Shown: in pieces, positions 25,832 through 37,900 of the stretch
How positions within the stretch are numbered: position 1 is the stretch's first letter
Layout: every line of letters begins with the position of its first letter
Source: Takakia lepidozioides
Taxonomy: Eukaryota > Plantae > Bryophyta
Direction of reading: 5' to 3'
Length of the DNA stretch: 64,000 bases
Assembly (NCBI GenBank): GCA_030704615.1
Contig: CM060732.1
Span: 8,432,001 to 8,496,000 of the forward strand
Program-made: the position numbers and the translations under genes
Notes under the pieces: model-generated
The model's database searches: none
The model's input: only the letters and a program-made list of their open reading frames with translations
Told to the model about the DNA's origin: nothing

Positions 25832-26695
25832 TGTTAGAGGGCTGTTTGGGACTTAGACGCTTTTACGGGTTCTGTGGGGTACCCTTAATTTTGCGCAGAC
25901 TTACAAATGGTAGACTTAGGCCACACAGGTTTAGGGGTGATAGACAGGCTCACACAGTCGAGTCATGGGTTATCACAGCCCGACACAGCTTTACACAGCC
26001 AGTCACAGCTCGGCACAGTCACAGCCCAACACAGTTTAGGGTCACAGCGCACGGAGGGAACGGTTATCATTAGCAGGGAACTATTGTGTGGGAACGACAT
26101 CTGCAGAGGGAACGTGTTACTTCAGGGGTGACAGTTAGTTAGTTAGGTGGTTGGAACAGCTTGCAGGTAGATTAGGCAGAGCAGCACCAGGTAGGGGATC
26201 ACTTCACGGGGAGCGCTTCTTGGACATGCATGAGAGGAGATCAGGCGAAGAGTAAGAATGGGAGCAAGGATGGAGAGCACGGTGAAGGAGGAGAGATGAA
26301 TAGTAGATGCTTGTTACATGCAAAGCTGTAGTGATACTGTAGGGCAGATTGGAGACACCAAGGCATTGGCTTGATACCTGATAAATCATAATCTGATACT
26401 TATTCGATACAATCACACTGTGTAGAGATACATGAGTGAAGCTGTGGAATGAATGGATGAGTGAATGGAACCTGGTAGATACTGAAGCAAATTGATGCTT
26501 CAGTATACACAGTAAGGTAAATTGCTAACATGAAGGCAAGAAGAAATACAAATAGGAAGCACAACCATGATTCACTAGTTATAGGTCATGACTGATTGTT
26601 CTGAGCGGGCTGAATGCTTAGAGATATCCAACTCTTCTATCTTGGAGTTTCCACCTCGGATAGCGAAGGGATGGGTGAGTAAAAGCCGCTCAACA
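25832..26695. mobile_element. Solo LTR (864 bp)
   Basis: TGTT...AACA termini; TSD AGAGC/AGGGC (1 mismatch). Removal restores DVTAGRAILRV. Confidence 0.88.
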
Positions 26696-27117
26696 AGGGC
26701 GTGCTATTCTGAGGGTTCAAGAGGTGTTGCCCTCAGGTATCCTGATCTTGGAGGGTCAGGATGGCATGACTTGGAAGGACCATGTGCGTAATTGTGCGCC
26801 ATGTCACCTTCCCAATGTCGATGGCAGAGTTGACCCAAACTTGACAGTGATACCTACAGGTTTGAGGTGCATGCTCTGTGGGTCTGCCAAAGGGGCAGCC
26901 ACCATGCTGGTGTATGATCAATGCTCAAGAGGTTGGCACATAGGATGCTTGCCACCGCCTCTTGAGAGGGTTCCTGATGGAGATTGGTTATGTCTACACT
27001 GCTTGGGATAGTGGCAGTGGATATGACTAGTGGCAGCTAACAAGACATGCGGGGCCGAGCTCATAGGAGTCAATACACAAGATCTCAGGCTCAAGTTCAC
27101 AGGTTGCAAGACGGCTT

Positions 27118-27783
27118 GCACTAGTGGTGGCTAGTGGCAGCCTAATGGTGCACTAGTGGTGGACTAGTGATAGACTAGTATTTGATATGCATATGTGTTG
27201 TGTGGTTTTGGACAACGATGTAGTTGTGTAGCGATGTGTATGTGCACGACAATTGTCAAGTTATTTTACCACTAGTGTGAAGTTAGTTAGGAAATAGCTA
27301 GCTTTTATATATTGACATTTGGGATGATCCAAGTGTCAATCCAGGGGCCAATATATGTTTGGGCACCTGGCGTGGTTATCTTCACGGCAGATCGCGGTGC
27401 GCTCATCTTTCTCGAGTTGAGCCTCACCGCGTCTAGCTATGGCGCCGTAGTGTGGATTCCCCATGGCATGGGGTGCACTTGGCTCGACTTGTATTTGAGT
27501 GATGATTCTATATGCATAAGTTTATGCTTCAGCTTTGTGAGCTCGCATGAGCTTGTGTGTATTCTTCTTTGTTTATCAAGCTGTCTAGTGGTTGACTAGT
27601 GGTTGACTAATGGCTGCACTAGTGGTGGCTAGTGGCAGCCTAGTGGTGGACTAGTGGTTGCACTAGTGGTGGGCTAGTGGCAGCCTAGTGGTGGACTAAT
27701 GATAGACTAGTGTTTGGTGTGCACATGTGTTGTGTGGTTTTGGACAATGATGTAGTTGTGGAGCGATGTGTATGCGCACGACA
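27118..27783 (+). repeat. 3' terminal repeat region of gypsy copy B (A-B-A modules)
   Basis: Partial A ending CGACA at 27251, B at 27254-27578, and a second A ending CGACA at 27783. Mirrors 13482-14185. Confidence 0.8.
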
Positions 27784-27789
27784 AAAAAA

Positions 27790-29350
27790 ACCGTTGTCTT
27801 TAAAGAGTACCCCCTCGTCCACGAGTGCCAGAATATTTGTGTTGGGAGTGAGATCTTCTCTTAGACCAGGGAAAGCTTCCGCATATGCTCCCCAGGTGAC
27901 CGCTGAGTGGGCTTGAAGAGAGTAAAGCGGGAGCTTGGAGCGGAGATAATCCTGAATCTTCGTGCAAAGCGTCGGTATCGGGGTGTTATCCATAGGGGGT
28001 TTTTCCATAAATGAGTGCACATCCTGAACCGTGATACAAATTGAATCCAGGTGCATGTTGTCCTCTGCGGTGACCAGGAAAGCAGGCCGGGGTGTTCTTC
28101 TGAAGACCATTGGAGTGACACAAGCAGCGACTGGAGCCTCACAGGATTTGAGTTGCGAGTAGCCTCTGAGAGCCAGAGTTCGGAATGATTGCAGCTTTGT
28201 GCAGAACTTTGCAATTACTGGGTTGTAAGCGATGGCAGCAGGGCGAGGGAGAGGCTGGGGGGGATCCACCAGTGGTCTCTTCAAAATGCTAGAGCTTGAG
28301 GCTACAGACTTCCTTTTGATGGCTGCCGCTTCGATCTCCCATCCGATTATACGGTGTTCTCCAGGGTGGGGGTTTGATGTCGGAGAAGAGTTGTGAATAA
28401 GGGGAGCAATACCAGCCTCCAAGTGGGTGAAACCAGCCCTTTTCCTTTTTAGCTTTGGGGCAATCTGCCTTGAGGTGCCCAATTAGACCACAGTAATAAC
28501 AAGCTGAGGATGATGTATCTTCAGACACTTTAACGGAGAAAAAGTTACCCTGATCATCTATTGGAAGTATGATGAATTATGGCAGAATTGTGTCATTAGG
28601 CATCGTAACCATGATCTTTGCAAATCCATTATCATGAAGCCTTGATGCAATGGTCATACCTTTCCATGCTGGGTCCTTCCTCAATTCCTCCGTGCACATG
28701 CTGGGATCAAACACCGCCAAGCAACCCAAAAATGAACCGAAGAAATTGCCAATATCTGGAAGGAAGTGGAGATATTGGTCTGGGATATAAGGAAGAGAGA
28801 TGATCCTAGGACTCCATACTTTACCATTCATGTTCCCCATATTCTTGGACCAATGGAATATGTTTACGTTAAACCCATGCAAGTGAGGATTGAAGGAGAG
28901 GGCTGTACTCGCTGCCTCTTTGGATTCCATCACAATAGAGAAGAAGCCCCTTCCTCTTGCTTGACAAAAGTGATGGTGCAGGTCACCTGAACCACCTAGG
29001 TGCCTGACGGCCCAGTCTCTCACGAAGGCTCTGCCAACCTTTTTTCCCGGGAAGTGCAGGATGATCCCCCTGCTCTCAATTTCCGCAACCCGACTTTCAA
29101 GGTGGGTGGTTTTGATGTTGACAAGCGGGTGCTCCTGGCTCATGTTGTCCTGCAGAGCATCAGTCTCAACAGACGACCCATCCGAGAAATCTGTGTCCTG
29201 ACTAGGAGGAGATCGTGGTGACTCGTCTACACTCACCGGCATCGGTATTGAGGGCCCCTGGGAAATCTCCACTGTGCTGGGAATTGGTGGGCGCGACGAC
29301 GAGGAGGGGTCCATGACACTGCGACCTCTGGATTGCGCTTGATGCGCCAT
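27790..29350 (-). mobile_element. L1-type LINE ORF1 (DUF4283/RRM-like + CCHC knuckle), decayed
   Basis: ORF 28577-29350 (ARGRGFFSIVM...IGNFFGSFL) followed by CYYCGLIGHLKADC at about 28460-28502. No ORF2 follows. Confidence 0.7.
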
Positions 29351-30551
29351 GAAGAATCCCGTTCCAGTGGAGGGCTACAGGCGCCGAGGAACTCCGAATC
29401 TAGTGGGACCTGATCTAGATGGAGCAGGTTTGAAGGCTTTATTGAGAAGAGGACCCATCGTTGGAGAGTGGAGATTGCAGCTTGTAGTACGCGGGAGATC
29501 AGGTAGCTTGAGAAAGGTGAAAGAGAAGTGCTAAGTAGATCGAGATGGCAGGGAGCGAAGACTTGCGGCAGCTGGCGAGCAAGGGGCCTGCACTCTTCAA
29601 AAGGAGAGAAGCACGGGCCGGAAGGAGAGGCTGAGGCTGGATGATCAGCTGAAGCAGGGTCGCGACGTGAGGGGGACCTAGAGGGAAGTTAGTGAAGGTG
29701 ATGGCTGCTTGGTGGCTGAGGCCAAAGTTTGTCGGTGATCATTACTCAAATGGAAGAATGAGGGGGATGATTGGTTGGGGCGGGGTTTAATGAAGGAAAG
29801 TCGAGGATGGCACAGTTTGAAGGCGGCTTGGCATTAAGGGAGATTGATGAGGACTTACCATCGGTACAGATTTCCAAGCATGCCGAAGGGATGAAGATGG
29901 CAAGTTCATCAGGGGATGAAGCCAAAACATGAGGCTTGAAAATGACGTTCCGAGAGAGGATAGGGCGATGCTGCAGGATTAAAATGATGCTTGGGGTACG
30001 GGGGCTTGCTCCGAGGACAGATTGATGATGCCTCGTGATTGGGCTGCAGGATGATAGAGACAAGGAGAGAGAAGCACCATAGATAGGCATTAGCGAGTTC
30101 TCTCTCACCCCGTAGAACGCGGAGCTCTACCTCCGCCTCCATCCCCCACCTTCTTTCATTAGAATATCATTCATAATTTTCCAATCTGAAAGAGTAATAT
30201 TTTCTGTATATATGAATTTGTTACGTTTCATCAATATAGTTGGTTCACGAACCAAATAACCATCACGTCACGTATATAATTCACCTACACCTATTATTCA
30301 CCGATACAATTTGAATAAAGCTCAAAAGGCAACCCCCCCAAAAAAAAGAAGAAAAAAAATCATCTACACTATTAACTAGTGAAGGTACATCTTCTACATT
30401 TTGGTGTTTTCTGGTGTAGGTACATCAGGATCTTCGCCCTTTTCAGCACTGATGCGTGGTCTCCCTTTAGGGAGCCAATAAACTTACTAGTAAACAACGA
30501 GGCATAAGCGCAGCGGGCGAGGAGAGAGCTACGGGGTCGGGGTAGTGGGCG

Positions 30552-33514
30552 ATGGCTGCCGCGAGGGCCATGGCCTGCCAGTGCCTGTCCCATCCTTGTG
30601 ACTACCGTTGCGCTCCCGGAGGATTGCTTACTGTTGTTAGAGCACTGCCTGCAATTTTTAATTCTACCAGGAGTTCTCATTGTAGTCCACGAAATTGTTC
30701 AACTGTGGGTTTGATCAGACCGTGCAGCTATGGCGGAGTTCGGAGCTCCCGTGTTGATGTATTCGAGGACAGTTGTAGCTTCCAGGATAGATGTAGTTCG
30801 CATTCGGGTTTCTCAGGTAGAGCTTGTTTCCCCAGCGGAAGGAATAGAAGCCTGTCAGATTTGGTCCTGGCTAGGGCACATGTGTCTGTGGAAGAGAGAG
30901 ACACTGCGGTACAAAGTGGCACTCGTAATGTAGTAGATGTTCTTGAGGAAAGGGGATTGATTGAGTCGATTACTGGCGAGGAGCTTCGAGCCACATGTAT
31001 GAAGCAGCCGTTGAAAGTATACTGCGGATTTGACCCCACGGCAGAATCTCTACACCTTGGAAATCTGTTGGGGATTATTGTTCTTTCATGGTTTCAGCGG
31101 TGATTCACCTCTATCGCAAATTTTTCTAAATATTCGTGGAATTTGTAAAGTTAGCAGCGTATTTTATTTGTCAGATCTACGGTTAGGCCAAAGGGTTGAT
31201 TCGAAGACTTTTAAGCCACACCTGCTCCAGTAGGCGAGTTTATACTCTCTGAGTAGCGCAATGAAGTGAAGGATTTATAGCGGGAATGGGAAAAGGTGAT
31301 CCAACAACGACGATTGGCATGTGAACAAATGTGGAGCAATTCCAACTGACAAATTAAATAGGATGCCATTGTTTCATATTCTCAAAGAATTCTCTTGGAG
31401 CATCGTACAGTAGAAATCTTAATGTGAACATCTGAGACATCTCGAAGTAACTTTGAGGAAGTTGTGCTTTAGGTGTGGCCATGTTCCAGTCGCTTTGCTG
31501 GGAGGTGCTACCGCGAGAGTTGGTGATCCTTCGGGAAAGAGCAATGAAAGACCAGTAATGGATGATGAAACAATTTGCAGGAATTTGAAGGGCATTCGAG
31601 GGATTCTTGCTCAGATCTTGAAGGTGGGTGCCTAGATTCTAACTTCATGTGAAATGTGTATCTGGATTCAAGAAACAGTGAGAGGATTTTATGACACCCA
31701 GGGAGGCCCTGGAGCCCGAAGGACACAATTAGAACGAGGTATTTTATGCCGGTCTGTTTCTCTGTCAAGTCTCATTGAGGTTCATTTCACCTCAAACATG
31801 ATGTGGTATCAGGTGGAAGATGTGGCTCCAGAAGAAATCGCGAATAAGAAAGAAGCCATCTCAGGCAAGAAGGAAGCCATAGAGAATGCATCTTCAGTGA
31901 TAGAAACATCAGAGCTCATGGATAGAGATTGGGAGGCCAAGGAAAGGCACACTCCCATTATACTCAACAATTATGATTGGTGGAAGGATTTCAGTCTCTT
32001 GGACTTCTTGAGAGATGTAGGGAAGTATGCAAGAGTGGGAACAATGATGGCAAAGGAGAGCGTGAAGGAAGAAACGATTGAACTCAGAGGAAGGCATGAG
32101 CTACACAGAGTTCACATACCAACTGCTTCAGGGTTATGACTTTATCCATCTGTTCAAGGTATGGGGTTTAGGGTTTAAGGACACACCTCTACCTCATCTA
32201 AATTTGTTTGTCGCTATTTTTCCAAAATCATTGTGGCATCTCCTTCCTCTCTCTTGCTCTCTCTCTGGTGTTCGCAACATTATAAGGTTCCTTTCTGGCT
32301 TTCTTACTCACTTTCTCTCTCAGCTGAGCTTGGTCTTAAGAAATTACATTCTCGTCCATCTCATCTCCTCCACCTCCCTCAAGTATCATCCGAGGAAAAT
32401 CTTAATGAGGGTGTTGGTGACTTTGTGCAAGTGGTATAACCTTTTCAGACTGGCTGAGTTTCATATATTATGGGCAAAACTTCACCCTATCTCTGAGTGG
32501 GTTAGTGTCCCACAAACATTCACAGCGAAAGGTCAATGTCTGGATTTGTAATGAGAGAGCACATGGGACACATGCGTTTGATTTGTCCAGATCTGTGTGC
32601 ACAACTGTTGTTTCAGGAAGAGGGGGTGTCAGTACAAATAGGCGGGAGTGACCAATGGGGAAATATCACAGCAGGTACCGATTTAATACGGAGAGTGCTG
32701 CAGCAAGAAGGGGCCTATGGGCTGACATTCCCTCTCTTGCTAAAGAGCGATGGTAGCAAATTTGGAAAATCTGAGGGTGGGGCAATATGGCTATCAACCT
32801 TGCTCCTGTCCCCGTACAAATTTTACCAACATCTGTTTGCAACACCTGATTCGGATGTTATAAGGTTCATGAAAATGCTTACTTTTGTTGACCTTGAAGA
32901 GATTCAAACCTTAGAACAAAGCATGGGTAAAACCGGATATGTTGCAAATTCAATTCAGAAAAGGTTGGCCGAAGAGGTCACCCGTTTTGTTCATGGAGAT
33001 CAGGGACTGGCCGAGGCTGTGAAGGCCACCCAGGCATTGGCTCCTGGAGCATCCGCCCGACTTGACTGGACAGCACTTGAAGCCATAGCTGAAGATGTAC
33101 CATCATGTTCTCTTTCTCAATCTTCTGTCTTAAATTCCTCTTTGGTGGATTTGTGTGTAAGCTCTGGACTTCTTCCAAGCAAAGCTGGCGTACGGCGACT
33201 GATCAAGCAAGTATGCAAGTCATCCTAAGTGTACTGTGTTTCAATCGATACATTCATAAGTTTCAAATTCATTATAATAACTTAGCAGGTTTCTTCTCAA
33301 GGGCTCTGTTACTTGTCTGCTTGTCCTACTTGGACATCTTATGCCAAGAACTTTCATGGAATTTAACTGTTGATTTGGACAGGGTGGACTCTACCTAAAC
33401 AATGAAAAGGTCGAAGACGAAGGGAAGTCTGTGGTGGCAGATGATATTGTCGATGGGAAGATGCTGCTATTATCTGTAGGCAAGAAGAACAAACTGGTGG
33501 TTCGCGTAGTATGA
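30552..33514 (+). CDS. tyrS: Organellar (chloroplast/mitochondrial) tyrosine-tRNA ligase; exons 30552-31099, 31473-31623, 31813-32158, 32617-33210, 33383-33514; frameshift at about 32064-32071 in this sequence
   Basis: Transit-peptide-like N-terminus; [15 protein letters not shown] (HIGH), [34 protein letters not shown] (KMSKS) and S4-like C-terminus. All introns are GT-AG and in phase. Confidence 0.95.
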
Positions 33515-34298
33515 TTTCAGTAAGTCACAAACCCACTTCCCCGTTTCTTCGCCTGATAAGCACTGTTCTTACCAAATGGTTTCATCCCCTAAAAAATCTC
33601 TCTCAAATGGGGTCATGGATGTAAACCATGATCAACTCTGCTGGATTAGTTCACAGACTCACTCGGTGTTCCTTTGACACATACCATACACTGATTTGAA
33701 TATCAGACCCTGAACCAGTTTCAACCATGATGCAGCTGGAGGTGACTTGTTCCACTTGGTAACTAGGAATTGAAGGAACATGTGCCCACTTTCCAGCAAA
33801 AAACCGAAATACCCCACTAACTAATGAGCCAACTGACTGTATTCCTGGGTTAAGCAATGTTGGGCACCTGCTTAGCTCGCTGCTCAACCTAACACTACCT
33901 TTGGGGATGATTCTCTCAAATTAACACTGGCCCACGGTTTCATGAAGTAGAATATTCTCCAAAGTCCAGTGCAGTACATGATATGTGATACATGGTCATA
34001 TCAGAATCAAGCACCGGGGGTGCACCCCAAAGTGCAGTGCAACTTTATATCGAGTCATAACCTCACAGAAAAATGTGCTGTATTCCACATATATGTCCCG
34101 AGTTGCACATCACACTCTGCATAAAACACACATGCTACAGTGCACAACCAAATAACATCTGTTGGTGCTAATTGATGAAACAAAGAATGAGAAATTATTC
34201 AAATAGTTGTAGAACCACTGCATTGTAGACGCAGAGACTCTCCTCGGCATTCAGATATAATGGACCTGAACTGTATGTTTGGCAATGTCATTATCCGC

Positions 34299-35060
34299 AA
34301 TATTCCTCTTAAATGCACATTACAAGATAGAAGCCCGCAGCTATGCCTGAAGACTACTACTTAGCTCAAGGGGGGCATCTGGGCAAAGGGGAACTCCCTC
34401 TAAGCTACATCATACAAAAATAGTGTATGCAAATGATCTACACCTGCACCAGTGACTCCTGACGACAGTATCAGTAATGGAAACACAGTAATGGAAATAT
34501 TCCTCTTATATGCACATTGCAAGATAGAAGCCTGCAGCTATGCCTGAAGACTACTACTTAGCTCAAGGGGGGGCATCTGGGCAAAGGGGAACTCCCTCTA
34601 AGCTACATCATACAAAAATAGTGTATGCAAATGATCTACACCTGCACCAGTGACTCCTGACGACAGTATCAGTAATGGAAATATTCCTCTCATATGCACA
34701 TTGCAAGATAGTAGCCTGCAGCTATGCCTGAAGACTACTACTTCGCTCAAGGGGGCATCTGGGCAAAGGGGAACTCCATCTAAGCTACATCGTACAAACA
34801 TAGTGTATGCAAATGATCTACACCTGCACCAGTGACTCGTGACGACAGTATCAGTAGTGGAAACACAGTACTGGAAATACTCCTCTTATATGCACATTAC
34901 AAGATAGAAGCCTGCAGCTATGCCTGAAGACTACTACTTAGCTCAAGCGGGGCATCTGGGCAAAGGGGAACTCCCTCTAAGCTACATCGTACAAAAATAG
35001 TGTATGCAAATGATCTACACCTGCACCAGTGACTCCTGACGACAGTATCAGTAATGGAAA
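34299..35060. repeat. Four tandem ~185-197 bp repeats downstream of the DUF538 stop
   Basis: Unit ATATTCCTCTT...GACAGTATCAGTAATGGAAA recurs near 34299, 34497, 34681 and 34877. Confidence 0.92.
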
Positions 35061-35149
35061 CACTCTCTCTCTACCTCCACTGCCACAAAGCAGAAGTCCC
35101 TCAACAAACCCCTTGGCCAGTGGCTACATGGTTTTTGGTGCCACCCTCT

Positions 35150-36720
35150 TCACTGGCCTGGTGCAAAGGCCTCAACCGGGTAACTCTTCCCAATACCACC
35201 ATAGCTCTTGAAGTGGATCCTGCCTGTAGGAGGATCATCAACAGAAATATCTCCAATGGACGCCCATATGAAAAATTCCTTTGCTTTAACACCTGAAAGA
35301 TTCTTGATCCGGTTTGATTGCAGATAACCCTTAACCTCTTGAGCATAACTCACCAGCTTTCCCGTAAGCTTAAACTTGTGCTGGGTCTTAGACTTTTGCT
35401 TCACGAGGAAAAAACCCGTGTCTTCCTCAAATCTCACCTCTTCCAAGTTTTCCATTGGCAAGAGCCCACCTGCCATACTTTCCAGCATCAGTTGACCTAC
35501 AAGTACTCAGCAGAGATAACGTGTGGAATTGCACTGCATACACAATCCAGGCAAGCCCACGGGCCCAGCTGCAAGGACTCCCTTCTGTTGAGGAGGCTTG
35601 CAGTCACAAACAGCTCACTATTCAGCACCCAACAAGTATACTAATGTTAACATATCACTCAAAGCAATGAATTCCCTTCAGCAGCGGCAACCTCCAAGAT
35701 AGAGGCCCAGCAGAATCCACTAGCACACAAGGTACAGTTGAAGTGGACAAATAGCACCAACACACATTGGCCACCTGGGGATTGACTTTGCACGTTTTGG
35801 CATGTAAGAAAGAAGTAAGTGGTTGGCTGCTCCGCTGATCATTTCCGAGGATTCCACAGCGCAAACACCAGTCCTACTACAAAGAGATCCCGAGTAGACA
35901 GAATAAACCCACTCGTAAGGAGAATACGACGTTGATCGCAGTACTGAACCTTTCAGAGCCAACGACGCCCCCGCTTCCACATTGTGCTTTACCCGCTCGG
36001 CACAAACACCAATGTGTATGTTCCATTGATTGGTGAACCGAGAAGCGATTGACAGACAAAGAAATAACAAAGCTACATCAAGACTGACCAACGAACAAGA
36101 ACAAAATCGAACGAAACTTACGGCGGGTTGCCTTGCCATGAGCACTACTGAGTTCCTACACTTCATTTAAAACCCCACTGGCTGCATTCCAACATGAAGA
36201 ATCGAAAGCCCACACCCCGATTACTATCAACCAAGAAAATCTCCCCCTCGCTATCTCCTGATGTCATACTTCCCGCTTTGTTCTCGAGCAAGATTTACAG
36301 TCTGGAACGACCTTGCAGTCTTACACAACAGTCGCAGTAGGGACCGCTCCCAATCATTTAACCCTCCCCCGTTTCCAAGTCTCTTCTTCCAGTGTCTGAC
36401 CCACAAGACTGACACTCAAGGTCTAACACATAACATCTCTCTCTTTCCGCAAGTTCCACCACAAGATCCTACATAAATTGAGCTGTTCTGAGAACTGGCT
36501 CCTCGCTCGCTCGCATTCGGAACAGTTTTTCTTCTTCCAAGGGCATGACAATCTTCAACTCTGAATTAACACCACGCATAAATGATGAAATATATCAACA
36601 CGCACTCGGGAGGAGAAAAACAGACGCACCAGGCAAATTGAAGTTCTCGATCAGGTTCTTGGCCTTACTGAAGCACTCGTCATGGCCCTTGAATACGACC
36701 GCCTTCTCAGAGACCGCCAT
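35150..36720 (-). CDS. DUF538 family protein (136 aa); exons 36720-36630 and 35469-35150
   Basis: MAVSEKAVVFKGHDECFSKAKNLIENFNLP-G-GLLPMENLEEV...LVSYAQEVKGYL...IKNLSGVKAKEFFIW. GT-AG intron in phase; 411 nt in total. Confidence 0.93.
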
Positions 36721-37459
36721 GTGCGCCCCTCCGCAACAACACAACCAACACACTCACACAAACCCAAATCGAATCCTAACCCACCAGCCTAACACTCTGA
36801 TTCCTCTACTCTCTCAGCTTGCCCCCACGAGCCACATCCAACACTGTGCACACAATGCGGCACAAGAACGCCCATCCGATGCTTCGCAGCAACCGCGCCC
36901 ACTGTCCTCACTCCGCGCTCTACACACGCCCTCCCACGCGGCCGACCCACATCAATCTTTGAAGCAAGGTAGTTTGTTTGATTTATTGGCTCCTCCCTAT
37001 ATGGGAGAGACCACGCATTGGTGGCAAAAATGAGTAAGATTCTGATATACCTCCACTAGATAATACCTACGTGAAGCACATAATCTTCCCCCACTCAAAT
37101 GCAAATTGAATGTACCTTGATTGGATAAGACCCATAAGTGAATCTTACACATGTAAGCTATTCATAAATGAAGACCCATAAAAATATACAAAATTTGGTC
37201 TTGCAGCGCGGGGGGAAAGGATGCCGCGTGCTCAAGCACGCTCGCGGAGGGTTTCATACACCGATCGCAGGTGGTATTCTTCCTGATGTTTACAAGGTTC
37301 TTGGGAGATTCAGCTTGGTCTTAGCAGGCCGTGTTTCGATCTCTGTCTGTGCAGCTGCACCGTGGTGGTTCTCACAGACCAATCCGACATTACCTGACTA
37401 CAGACACAAGCAGCACACACAGGTCCTTCGGCCAAATCCTCCATGGGTCATGACACAAG

Positions 37460-37900
37460 GTCAAGGACAATGTGGTGAGGGCACCTTCTTCTTCGACCTA
37501 TTTCAGCCTGTTTTGCCCTCTTATCAGATTCGGCCCTGAGATGCATATTGAATTCTGTAAGTTAGTTCGTTGGGTGGATCTGTGGTGGTAATTTGGAGTG
37601 ACTTGTCAAGTTACTGCCAATGTAGCAGCAGGAAAGTATCGAAAAGCAAATAACAGAGACGAGGAGAAGCTGCAGTCAAGGGTGGAACAATCGAGGCAAA
37701 AAAATGAATGCCTGTTGGAAACGCAAGTCAGCATAGGAACTAGTGTGACAATTAGGGTTGCGGTCTTTGCTAGAACAAATCTAGGCCATCATTATCAGCT
37801 CCACATTACCTGTGATTCCCTGTAGAAAGATAGCTACAAGAAACCTGCATGGGTAGATGATCAACTGGAAGCCGCAGCAACAGCGACACAATTGATAAAA
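37460..37900 (+). repeat. Dispersed repeat shared with the interior of the P-like element
   Basis: Matches 47897-47917 (GGACAATGTGGTGAGGGCACC), 52240-52370 and 52536-52595 with substitutions. Confidence 0.75.

Larger units (their letters stand above)
23560..27011 (+). mobile_element. pol: Gypsy copy B pol: RT N-part, internal deletion, RNase H tail, integrase, PHD finger
   Basis: PIFRRPYRYS, RRMCGDY and FSTLD, joined to DGLSRNP; WSLDFAGPLP and VLTNQRREF; PHD CMLC...DQCSRGWHIGCL...WLCLHC (about 26868-27011). Interrupted by two solo LTRs. Confidence 0.92.
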
